This document shows positions 1 to 7,726 of a stretch of DNA of 15,405 bases, piece after piece. Under the pieces are notes generated by a model, which saw only the letters and a list, made by a program, of their open reading frames with translations, searched no databases and had not been told where the DNA came from. The position numbers were made by a program, and so were the translations under genes. The DNA is from Chlamydiae bacterium RIFCSPHIGHO2_12_FULL_49_11. GTDB taxonomy: Bacteria > Chlamydiota > Chlamydiia > Chlamydiales > 2-12-FULL-49-11. The stretch spans positions 1-15,405 of the forward strand of contig MGLW01000046.1 in NCBI GenBank assembly GCA_001794905.1. The letters run 5' to 3'. Position 1 is the first letter of the stretch. Every line of letters starts with the position of its first letter.

Positions 1-418
1 TCTCTACACGTTTGAGGTCGTTCTTAGCCTTCTCAAGATCCATTGCGGTGTCTGCATAGACGCGATCTAAGGCAGCAAGATCAATCCTTTTTCTTGCTAT
101 TCTTTCATTAATCTCTGTAAGTTGTTGCTGCAACGCTTCTTCAGATACATGGGGAATGGTTTTGGCATAATCTTCTGCGCTTATACGAATCTGTTGAATC
201 ACTTTCGGATCTGTTTTAACTCCGCGGAAAAAGAGGATAATGGCACGGAAAAGAGCCCCGATCTTTTCGAAAAGGCTATTGGCAACGTATGTTCTGATCA
301 CAAGCTCATGATTTTGCAGATAGCCGAGCCTTGGACTCCTGCCGGCAAGGTTAAGGTCTGTAAATTCTGCTATCACACCGAGGTTGTGGGCATTGATAAC
401 AGCATTGGTATTGAACAA
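1..418 (-). CDS. Hypothetical coiled-coil protein (partial; 3' end lies beyond the left edge of the window)
   Basis: Not in the ORF track because there is no stop in the window. The minus-strand frame is open from an in-frame TAA at 442-440 to the window edge. TTG at 418 is preceded by GGAGG (428-424) with a 5-nt spacer. Translation: MFNTNAVINAHNLGVIAEF...SLFEKIGALFRAIILFFRGV...EEALQQQLTEINERIARKRIDLAALDRVYADTAMDLEKAKNDLKRVE. Confidence 0.75.
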   Translation of the reverse strand, partial: MFNTNAVINAHNLGVIAEFTDLNLAGRSPRLGYLQNHELVIRTYVANSLFEKIGALFRAIILFFRGVKTDPKVIQQIRISAEDYAKTIPHVSEEALQQQLTEINERIARKRIDLAALDRVYADTAMDLEKAKNDLKRVE

Positions 419-442
419 GGATCCCTCCAATTTTAGGATTTA

Positions 443-451
443 ATTATAGCA
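443..451 (-). promoter_or_regulatory. Putative extended -10 promoter (TGcTATAAT) for the partial gene at 1-418
   Basis: The minus strand reads TGCTATAAT at 451-443 in an AT-rich intergenic gap, about 25 nt upstream of the TTG start. There is no convincing -35. Confidence 0.5.
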
Positions 452-479
452 TAATCATGATAGATTTATAATTAAATTG

Positions 480-3400
480 TTATTTAGAGTTTATGTATCT
501 GATAATATGATACTTGTGAAGAATAGCTGTAAGCATGGCTCGGGAAATTCGGACCGGGGTTTCCTCAATATTGATCCAACGTGTTGCAACTGCATCGATC
601 AGCTCCTCTTTCTTCCGTTGCACCCGCCGCTCAATGGCTTGGATTAGATCTCCGGTCAGATGGTCGATGATTTGCCCTTTGTCCAGTTTCTGGATCAGGA
701 TTAGCCTCTCTTCAATCTTCTGCTCTGTACGAGAATCCAGATCTGCTTTCTTTTGCTTATAACGAGCTTCCCGTTCAGGATGGAAACGGAAAAGCTGGCA
801 ATAAAGGTTAAATTCCAAGTCTGCTTTATGTTTTTCTTCCTTGACAATGGATTCGGTCATGAACTTTTTAATTTCAGCCTGCGTCATCCCTTCCCATTTC
901 TGCTTGGAAGCGGCAAGCTCTTGCTCGAGAGTTTCTCGGTATTTCTTGAGTTCTCCTGCAATTTCAGGGACGTTGCCTTCGATCGAGATCCAGTTGCGGA
1001 ATTCATCGAGGGTAAATTCTTTGTCCCGGCCATTCACTGCTGTATCAAAAGCATCAAGTATTCGCGTTGTGGAATAGGCAGCATCAAATTCACATAGCAC
1101 GGCCACCTTATTTATACGAGTTATATAGTGATCGCCAGCGGCCAATTCATAATCACAGGGGACTCCGCGCATGCGTCCGAGCAACGCCTCATAAGCATTG
1201 ATCCCATGGACGTTGATTATTGTTTCGTCAGTTACCACCGCATCTTGGGAACATAGCCCCAACATAATATTCTTGCGCTCTTCCGCCAATATCTTGTTGA
1301 TCTTCTCTTCGAAACTGATATTGCCCGTGGATTTGCCGGTTAAAAGCACATACATTGCACGCGCTTCCTGCATGCGCCTTGTTGCACACGCGTCTCCGCC
1401 CGCCGAAAGCCGTTGTAACACAAACGGCCTCATCTCCTCTTGTGTTTGCAGTTGAATCACGATGTGGCGGATCAGATTACGAAATTCCAGAAACCATTTG
1501 TTCCTCAGTTGCGGGCGTACCGGCATAGCAACCACTTCTAGATTGGGATTTTTGGCGGACGCTAAAATATTTTTTAAACCGTTGACCTCACCTCCCCACA
1601 CGAGAAGCCGGTCAATATCGGTTTCGGGAGCTTCGGGAATCGTACGTTGCCTATATGAAATAGCATGTGAAAGAAGGGTTGCGTATCCTTTGTTATAAAA
1701 TCCGGCCAGATTCCATGCCGGATACTCCTTTTCCAGTCTTATCAAAGTATCGATAAAATCCGATTCCAAAAGACAAGAATCTTTTAATATCTGAGGAAGT
1801 TCATCTTCCAGCCCCAGCAAATAGATGGCCTTGAATTGAACGAGTCTATCAGGAATACCGGAAATCGCTTTACAAACGGTAGCGCGGGTATGGCTTGCAA
1901 GCGGCTCGAGTTTAGGATCGAACGCTTTTAATATCTCTTTGCGTCCGTCGCCGGAAAGGTTCCATAACGCTTTTCTGGGAAGGCATCCCCTATCCAAGAG
2001 GTATTTTACGAGTTCTAAATGACCGTTTTGGCTTGCAATTTCGAGAGCACTGTCAAGATGGCCCGCACTCTTTTCTGCAAGAAACTTTGTTAGCCGTACG
2101 TGTCCGTGCTTTGTCGCCCATAGAATGAATTTTTCTCCCTTCACGGTCCAGTTTTCAATATTCCACCCGGGCAGCGTCTGACTCGCGACCCGCAAAATTT
2201 CTTCCTCGCTCTGCCTTTCTAGCCTGTTTAGCGGCTCGGCTGTTCCCGAAATATAACCGGTTATGAGCGCGTTATAGATGGGATCCGATTCAATTTTGAA
2301 AAGAGCCACCAGGCTTTCCATTTCGATTGGATTTAATACACAATTATAAAAGACCGGTATAAAGGCGCCCCTCTCAATCAAAAGCTTCCGAACGGCATTA
2401 CTCTTTGCATGACAAAGATAATTTATCCGAGGAACGTTTCTCTCCAAAAGAAATTGAACAATCTCTTGCCGATCATGTTTTACTGCAATGCCTAAGGCAT
2501 CTTTTTGCGCATGATTGACTTGATTGATATCGGCTCCTTTTTCGACTAGAGCGCGGCATATGTCGAGCATCCCGGACCCGGCAGCCTTATGAAGCGCCGA
2601 TTCTCCCGCACTATTTCTACCATTGGGATCTGCTCCTTTTTCAAGACACCATTGTACTAAAAGAGGCATGTTGTTGCAGGAGAGGGTAACTAGGAGAGGG
2701 CAATAACCGTTTCGATACCGGAAATTCCAAAAATCCCAATGAGGAAACTCTTTATGCATCATTTCAAAGTATGGCACGATCTCCTTGTCAGTCAAACGAG
2801 TCCGGGAAATGATACCGTCGGGCATTGCCCGGTCATTTCCTTCTAAGCGCACCCTCACTAAAGCGTCGCGCAGGAGAGGAAGTTTTTCCGAAATGTTATA
2901 GGCCAAAAACAGTTTTCTCTTCTGTTCAGAGGAAAGCGTGGCATGATAGTTGTTATAACGGGCGCCGAAATCGAACAGGAGCTTTAATATCTCGATATCA
3001 TGAGTATCACTACCGCCGCGCGCGATCGCATATTCCAATACAGTATTTTGCCGGTAGAGAGTATCGACTTTAGCCCCCCTTTCCAGGAAGAATCGGACCG
3101 ACTTCGTATTCCCGCTCCCGATAGCGGCAATAAGGGGAGTAAACTCACCTTCGCCGTCCGGTGATATACCTTTTTGCAGGAGAAGATTGCATAAACTCAA
3201 ATTCCCGCACGAGCTTGCATGGGCTAAAAGCTCGCCGGAGGCTTTGACCCCCATCTCGAGAAGTTCACCGGCAAGGGTCCTATATCCCTTTTCAGAAGCC
3301 CATTCAATGAAAGATTTTTCTTCAAGCGTAGTATTTACGACATCCCACGAAAGATTGTCCTTTTTAAACTCACCGATTCCCGCAATGATTTCGTCTTCAC

Positions 3401-5078
3401 CCATTTCAAGGCACGAGCGAAGAGGCTCCTTTTCTCCCAGAAGGTACGCTTCTTTCAACCGCTCCCCGAAGGCATCACTTTCAGGACGGACAAAGCGGGC
3501 GAGAATCTCCCTCTTCTCTTCTTCCGGCAAATCTCTGATTACATTTGAAGGAATAACCCCTCTCCTCAAAAAATATTCTCGAAGATCGGTTGTGCCGGCA
3601 AAGACAAGAGCATCGTTTGGAACTTCCGCTCCTTTCTCGATGATTAGCTTGCACAAATCTAAATTTCCGGCCATGCTCGCTGCCATAAGGGGAGTTATGC
3701 CGTCCTCTCCCGCATTAGTCACATTTGCTCCCTGCCGGATATACCACTTGGCAAGCTGTGGATATTTCTGAATCAGAAATACAGGGAAAATAGAGACTTT
3801 TTTCTTGTACCAAGACCACTTTGGAAATTCTTTGTGCACCTCTTCAAAAGCAACGAGAATTTCCTCTTCATTTTCTGTTGTAATCTTGAAATTGCCTCCT
3901 TTCAAATAGTCCAGTATGATTCGATCCCGCACCGACCCGGGTGTTTTCGCAATCGGATAGAGGGCAATTAGTTCTTCCAATTTTCTAGGCGAGAGCGATC
4001 CAACTCCACTAAGACCACTGTCGATATAGAGTTTTAAATATTTCACACTGAGCTTGCCGCTGTTTATCTTTCTCATATCCAGGGAAAAACTCGCCCCCGC
4101 GTCCAGAAGAAGTTGAAAGCAGTCAGGTTGATTGGTCCGTATTGCCCTTTCTACCGAAGAACAAGGTCGACCCAGTTCATCCTGTCCGACATTATCGACA
4201 TTTGCTCCCCTACGGATCAGGAGCTTTAGATTCTCGACTTTCCCCCCCATAATAGCGTTATCTAAGGCAGTATAATAGCCATCATGCGTATAAGCGCTTT
4301 TGTTCATATCCCCTCCCCTATCGATCAGTTTTGCCAAGATGCCGGAGTCGGTAGAACACCCGGCGGCAATTAAAATCGGAGAAATTCCATAACTATTGCA
4401 TGAGTTGCAATCGGCTCCGGATTCGATTAGAAATTCGGCAACTTCTTTTCTGTTGTAGCGTAACGCTTCCATCAACGGAGTCCTTTCTATATTACTCATC
4501 GCGTCGATTTTTGCTCCCCGTCCGACCAGATATTGACATACTTCGAGGTTCCCTGCCTGTGCCGCAATGAAGAGCAATGTTTCCCCTTTACGATTCGTTT
4601 CATTTATGTCCCCCTGAAACCGGTCAATTAAGACACGCGCCACTTCCGGATTTTGCAAATCTAGAGCATGGTAAAGGGCATTTTTTACTTGCTGCGGAGA
4701 AAGGAATGCTTTTGCCTCCCGGCAGAAGGCTGCCATAGCTTCCCGATGCTTTATCTCTTCATCGGTCGCTTTCCGTGCCGGCATATAGAGGGACAGAAAA
4801 TAGCTGCATCTTTCTTCCAAAGGAAAGCGGCAAAAAGCTTCTAAAGCCGTCTCTCTCTCCTTCTGATCCATTTGGGAAATAGTACGGCTTATATTCCCCA
4901 TGAGTATCGAAAGAAACAGAGATCGTGCCACACGTGCCACAAAACCGGCAAGGGCAGCAACGACGAGAGAAACGCGGAACGGGAAGCTTTCATGCTCGGG
5001 GTGAACAGCCGGTTTCAGGGATAGGTCAAGGGCCGGTGCCAGAAAACGTGGAAATAAAGGGGCACGTGCAGAATCCAT
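480..5078 (-). CDS. Large ankyrin-repeat protein (1532 aa) with a C-terminal NEL-like (IpaH-type E3 ligase-like) domain and coiled coil; candidate secreted effector
   Basis: Many ankyrin consensus units, e.g. GETLLFIAAQAGNLEVCQYLVGRGAKID, RTPLMEALRYNRKEVAEFLIESGAD, GITPLMAASMAGNLDLCKLIIEKGA, GESALHKAAGSGMLDICRALVEKGADIN. A hydrophobic stretch lies near the N-terminus. The C-terminal helical region contains GGDACATRR (Cys1231). The ankyrin call is secure; the NEL-like call is inference. Confidence 0.9.
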   Translation of the reverse strand: MDSARAPLFPRFLAPALDLSLKPAVHPEHESFPFRVSLVVAALAGFVARVARSLFLSILMGNISRTISQMDQKERETALEAFCRFPLEERCSYFLSLYMPARKATDEEIKHREAMAAFCREAKAFLSPQQVKNALYHALDLQNPEVARVLIDRFQGDINETNRKGETLLFIAAQAGNLEVCQYLVGRGAKIDAMSNIERTPLMEALRYNRKEVAEFLIESGADCNSCNSYGISPILIAAGCSTDSGILAKLIDRGGDMNKSAYTHDGYYTALDNAIMGGKVENLKLLIRRGANVDNVGQDELGRPCSSVERAIRTNQPDCFQLLLDAGASFSLDMRKINSGKLSVKYLKLYIDSGLSGVGSLSPRKLEELIALYPIAKTPGSVRDRIILDYLKGGNFKITTENEEEILVAFEEVHKEFPKWSWYKKKVSIFPVFLIQKYPQLAKWYIRQGANVTNAGEDGITPLMAASMAGNLDLCKLIIEKGAEVPNDALVFAGTTDLREYFLRRGVIPSNVIRDLPEEEKREILARFVRPESDAFGERLKEAYLLGEKEPLRSCLEMGEDEIIAGIGEFKKDNLSWDVVNTTLEEKSFIEWASEKGYRTLAGELLEMGVKASGELLAHASSCGNLSLCNLLLQKGISPDGEGEFTPLIAAIGSGNTKSVRFFLERGAKVDTLYRQNTVLEYAIARGGSDTHDIEILKLLFDFGARYNNYHATLSSEQKRKLFLAYNISEKLPLLRDALVRVRLEGNDRAMPDGIISRTRLTDKEIVPYFEMMHKEFPHWDFWNFRYRNGYCPLLVTLSCNNMPLLVQWCLEKGADPNGRNSAGESALHKAAGSGMLDICRALVEKGADINQVNHAQKDALGIAVKHDRQEIVQFLLERNVPRINYLCHAKSNAVRKLLIERGAFIPVFYNCVLNPIEMESLVALFKIESDPIYNALITGYISGTAEPLNRLERQSEEEILRVASQTLPGWNIENWTVKGEKFILWATKHGHVRLTKFLAEKSAGHLDSALEIASQNGHLELVKYLLDRGCLPRKALWNLSGDGRKEILKAFDPKLEPLASHTRATVCKAISGIPDRLVQFKAIYLLGLEDELPQILKDSCLLESDFIDTLIRLEKEYPAWNLAGFYNKGYATLLSHAISYRQRTIPEAPETDIDRLLVWGGEVNGLKNILASAKNPNLEVVAMPVRPQLRNKWFLEFRNLIRHIVIQLQTQEEMRPFVLQRLSAGGDACATRRMQEARAMYVLLTGKSTGNISFEEKINKILAEERKNIMLGLCSQDAVVTDETIINVHGINAYEALLGRMRGVPCDYELAAGDHYITRINKVAVLCEFDAAYSTTRILDAFDTAVNGRDKEFTLDEFRNWISIEGNVPEIAGELKKYRETLEQELAASKQKWEGMTQAEIKKFMTESIVKEEKHKADLEFNLYCQLFRFHPEREARYKQKKADLDSRTEQKIEERLILIQKLDKGQIIDHLTGDLIQAIERRVQRKKEELIDAVATRWINIEETPVRISRAMLTAILHKYHIIRYINSK
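1713..3995 (-). repeat. Five copies of a ~60-80 aa non-ankyrin spacer module interleaved with ankyrin blocks (protein-level repeat)
   Basis: Modules begin at L362, L517, L715, L915 and L1041 (LSPRKLEELI, LPEEEKREIL, LSSEQKRKLF, LNPIEMESLV, LSGDGRKEIL). Each ends in a conserved Trp (HKEFPKW, KKDNLSW, HKEFPHW, QTLPGW, EKEYPAW). Confidence 0.65.
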
Positions 5079-5084
5079 GCTGTA

Positions 5085-5114
5085 ATTTTATAATTATAGT
5101 TAATTAATATTCAA
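5085..5114 (-). promoter_or_regulatory. Putative sigma66/70 promoter of the ankyrin gene
   Basis: Minus strand TTGAAT (5114-5109) - 18 nt - TAAAAT (5090-5085), 6 nt before ATG 5078. A second candidate, TATAAT, lies at 5098-5093. The region is very AT-rich, so chance matches are possible. Confidence 0.45.
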
Positions 5115-5257
5115 TTAAAATAATTATTATTTTACTTTTTCTTCTTCTAATTCTTTATTTTCATCCTACATATCAGGCATATCCCATAAATCATGTTTTG
5201 GCTGCGAAACGTTAGCCGGACAAAACGGATGATCTTCTTTTACAGAAAAGAATCTTG

Positions 5258-5286
5258 TTGAAAAAGATGCAGAGGAGGCATAATCT
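5258..5286 (+). promoter_or_regulatory. Putative sigma66/70 promoter
   Basis: TTGAAA (5258-5263) - 17 nt - TAATCT (5281-5286) upstream of the small ORF. Confidence 0.35.
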
Positions 5287-5304
5287 TATCCAACTTTGAA
5301 AGAG

Positions 5305-5619
5305 ATGGTTAAGATGGACATTAGGGATCTCAAAAATGATTTTGACAATGCATCGGATCTATACTATCGTTTAGTCTTAACACGACAAGGGATTCCCCAG
5401 CACAAGGAACGAGTGGAAGCATTGGAAATGAAGATGAAGTTCCTTAGCAGCACGCTCGGTATTCTGTATTTATGGCACGAGCGGCAAACCGGCCATTCTC
5501 CGGGCCCGTGCGATCATGCACCGGAAAAGCAGTACAAGCGTATCCCCCCGAACAAACTCAACCGGTGTGAAAGGATCGTTAAAAAAATCTCTGCAAAATA
5601 CCAACTGAACGGTTTCTAG
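5305..5619 (+). CDS. Hypothetical protein (~104 aa)
   Basis: The ORF fills the gap between the AT-rich intergenic region and the CT053-like gene and has a helical, charged N-terminal half. The start is ambiguous (TTG 5296, ATG 5305, ATG 5314). No family recognised. Confidence 0.6.
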   Translation: MVKMDIRDLKNDFDNASDLYYRLVLTRQGIPQHKERVEALEMKMKFLSSTLGILYLWHERQTGHSPGPCDHAPEKQYKRIPPNKLNRCERIVKKISAKYQLNGF

Positions 5620-5698
5620 AACGTGTCATAAATATCGCTGTACAAAAATAGGATATTGGGGTAGAACACCGTAGGAAATTATTGTTGGGGAGTTGTGC

Positions 5699-6154
5699 AT
5701 GAAGAGCGAGAGACTCAAAAAATTGGAAGGGGAACTCAAGGATTTGGAAAAATGGCTTGAGCTCGACCTTGTGCCGAAAAAAGATTTGGAAAAACACCGG
5801 AAGGAAGTCGACCTTTTGAAAGATCGGATCGATGAAGAAAAACGGCGCATCCAAATGACCAAAGATACGGGCGATAGCGACGAATACGCGATCCCGAAAC
5901 GGGGGCAAAATAAGCAGATGTACGAACACCAGTCGCTCCCCGGGATTGACGACGAGGGGGAAGAGGGAAGTCTCGAGATGGAGTCGACCTATTACGAAAA
6001 CGACCATACCACACTCTTCGATATCGAAATGGGCGGCGAAGAGAAAACCCAAACCACACAGGAGCTTTCGCCCGATGAGGAAGACCCGTACAGCGATAAA
6101 AACAGGTGGAAACGCTCCACCGAGATCGTGGACCCGGAAAGCGACGACTGGTAG
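5699..6154 (+). CDS. Chlamydiae-specific CT053-like protein (N-terminal coiled coil, acidic C-terminus)
   Basis: MKSERLKKLEGELKDLEKWLELDLVPKKD...EDPYSDKNRW...IVDPESDDW matches my recollection of C. trachomatis CT053 (MKSERLKKLESEL...EDPFSDRNRW...IIDPDANEW), which likewise precedes a hemN/hemW gene. GGGGAG SD at 5687-5692. Confidence 0.85.
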   Translation: MKSERLKKLEGELKDLEKWLELDLVPKKDLEKHRKEVDLLKDRIDEEKRRIQMTKDTGDSDEYAIPKRGQNKQMYEHQSLPGIDDEGEEGSLEMESTYYENDHTTLFDIEMGGEEKTQTTQELSPDEEDPYSDKNRWKRSTEIVDPESDDW

Positions 6155-7220
6155 CCTCTACGTCCATATTCCCTTCTGCACAAAAAAATGCGGTTATTGC
6201 CATTTCTTCGTCCTGCCCGCACGGCGCGATCTGATTGAATCGTATCTCACTGCTCTTGCAGAGGAATGGGCAATACGGAAAGCCTACTTTACACCCGGGA
6301 GCACGCTCTATCTCGGCGGGGGGACGCCGTCGGTTCTCGAGCCGCGAGATCTGGAAAGGATCATGTCCCTTTTCTGCGGCCCCTTTGATGAAATCACCAT
6401 CGAGGCAAATCCGGAAAATGTGACTCCCGAAAAAATCGTTTCCTACCGATCCCTCGGCATCAACCGCATCAGCATCGGCGTGCAATCGCTCGACGGGCGG
6501 GAACTTCTTCTTCTGGAGCGGCGCACCAAAGCGCAAGAAGCTATCGATGCCGTCCGGATCGCCCACAAGGGAGGTTTTGAAAACATTTCGATCGATCTGA
6601 TGTTTGATATTCCGGGACAATCCCTCGCCAGCTGGAAAGAAACACTGATAACAGCCATGTCACTTCCTATTACTCACCTTTCCCTCTACAATCTTGTGCT
6701 CGAAGAGCCGAGCAAGTTTTACTACGAGCGGAAGCGGATCGAACCTATGCAGCCCACTCGGGAGACAAGCTGTGCAATGCTCGAAATGGCGTGTGAAATG
6801 CTCGAAAAGAAGGGACTGAGCCGGTACGAAATTTCCGCTTTTGCAAGGCCCGGATTCGAAAGCAAACACAACTCGACCTACTGGGAAGGGGGCCATTTTT
6901 TAGGGTTAGGACCGTCGGCTTTCAGTTATCTGCATCAAACCCGTTTTCAAAACACCCTCCATTTTCCCACCTACATCAGCCTGGTGAAGAAGGGAATCGA
7001 ACCGGTTCACTTTGAAGAAACCCTCTCCGAAGAAAAGCGCCTGCGCGAGGGGTTTGTGATTGCACTCCGCCTCTTGAAAGGAACCGAGTGCCCTGCATTC
7101 CTTGAAGGGGAAGTGAAATCCCTGTGCGAAGAGGGTTTCCTCTCCCAAAGCGGCAATGTGGTGCGCCTAGAGGAGCGCGGCCGTCTTTTTTATGACACGG
7201 TCGCATCTACTCTTATCTGA
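6075..7220 (+). CDS. hemW: Radical SAM heme chaperone HemW (HemN-like)
   Basis: LYVHIPFC-TKKC-GYC (CxxxCxxC), YLGGGTPS, EITIEANP, GINRISIGVQS, ISIDLMFDIPGQ, YEISAFA and the HemW-type HNSTYW motif. The start is uncertain: ATG 6075, or ACG 6144 (see findings). Confidence 0.92.
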   Translation: MRKTRTAIKTGGNAPPRSWTRKATTGSLYVHIPFCTKKCGYCHFFVLPARRDLIESYLTALAEEWAIRKAYFTPGSTLYLGGGTPSVLEPRDLERIMSLFCGPFDEITIEANPENVTPEKIVSYRSLGINRISIGVQSLDGRELLLLERRTKAQEAIDAVRIAHKGGFENISIDLMFDIPGQSLASWKETLITAMSLPITHLSLYNLVLEEPSKFYYERKRIEPMQPTRETSCAMLEMACEMLEKKGLSRYEISAFARPGFESKHNSTYWEGGHFLGLGPSAFSYLHQTRFQNTLHFPTYISLVKKGIEPVHFEETLSEEKRLREGFVIALRLLKGTECPAFLEGEVKSLCEEGFLSQSGNVVRLEERGRLFYDTVASTLI

Positions 7221-7680
7221 TCAGTTTGCCGTTATGATAAGGCATGTGCTCATGAAAAACCCGATCCGTGCCGTCGAAAACACGGGGAAGGAACAGGTAA
7301 TCTCCTTCCCAGAGGGGTAAATTCATCAGGGAATCGAGATCATGCCAGCCGAGCTTTCCTTCGTCGTTTTCAGAGAGAAGGGTACCGGTATATTCGCTGA
7401 CGAGAAAAACAAAGCCGAACCAGTCTTCCCCGTTTTTGCCAAAGCCGGGCCAATTGATGGTTCCCTTCAAAAAAGAGGCGGTAGCACGAATGCCGGCCTC
7501 TTCAAACAGTTCCCGCTGCATTCCGGTTTCAAGATCCTCTCCCGCCTCTAGCTTGCCGCCGAGACCGTTGTATTTCCCGAAATGGAGGTCATCCTCCCGC
7601 TTCATACGGCAAATGAGGAGCACCTTTTTCCGGTCGGGGGACAAAACATAGATTAATGTGCTTAAGATGGGCATGTACAT
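7213..7680 (-). CDS. Nudix hydrolase, MutT/MutX-like 8-oxo-dGTP diphosphatase family
   Basis: Nudix box GGKLEAGEDLETGMQRELFEEAG, preceded by GKYNGL and followed by EGKLGW and LPLWEGD, typical of MutX/MTH1-like enzymes. Start is ATG 7680 or 7674. Confidence 0.9.
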   Translation of the reverse strand: MYMPILSTLIYVLSPDRKKVLLICRMKREDDLHFGKYNGLGGKLEAGEDLETGMQRELFEEAGIRATASFLKGTINWPGFGKNGEDWFGFVFLVSEYTGTLLSENDEGKLGWHDLDSLMNLPLWEGDYLFLPRVFDGTDRVFHEHMPYHNGKLIR

Positions 7681-7686
7681 GCATTT

Positions 7687-7717
7687 AGTGTACCAAATTT
7701 TCCTCTTTTGGTACAAT
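7687..7717. promoter_or_regulatory. Putative symmetric bidirectional promoter / 9-bp inverted repeat
   Basis: TGTACCAAA (7689-7697) - 9 nt - TTTGGTACA (7707-7715). This gives TGgTACAAT on + (7709-7717) and TGgTACACT on - (7695-7687). Confidence 0.6.
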
Positions 7718-7726
7718 TCCTCCCCT

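Noticed and set aside
122-436. 104-aa plus-strand ORF
   Set aside because: It is antisense to a better-supported minus-strand frame that has a strong SD, a -10 box and coiled-coil composition.
5235-5252. Short inverted repeat TTCTTTT-ACAG-AAAAGAA next to a putative -35
   Set aside because: Low complexity and AT-rich; it is too weak to call an operator or terminator.
5946-6074. Longer hemW start at TTG 5946
   Set aside because: It lies deep inside the CT053-like gene and the extension has no HemW-like character.
5736-6620. 294-aa minus-strand ORF (and 5579-6052)
   Set aside because: Antisense shadows of the CT053-like gene and hemW, with no recognisable motifs.
7689-7715. 9-9-9 inverted repeat as a CIRCE (HrcA) element
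   Set aside because: The geometry matches, but the arms (TGTACCAAA) do not resemble TTAGCACTC and the flanking genes are not chaperones.
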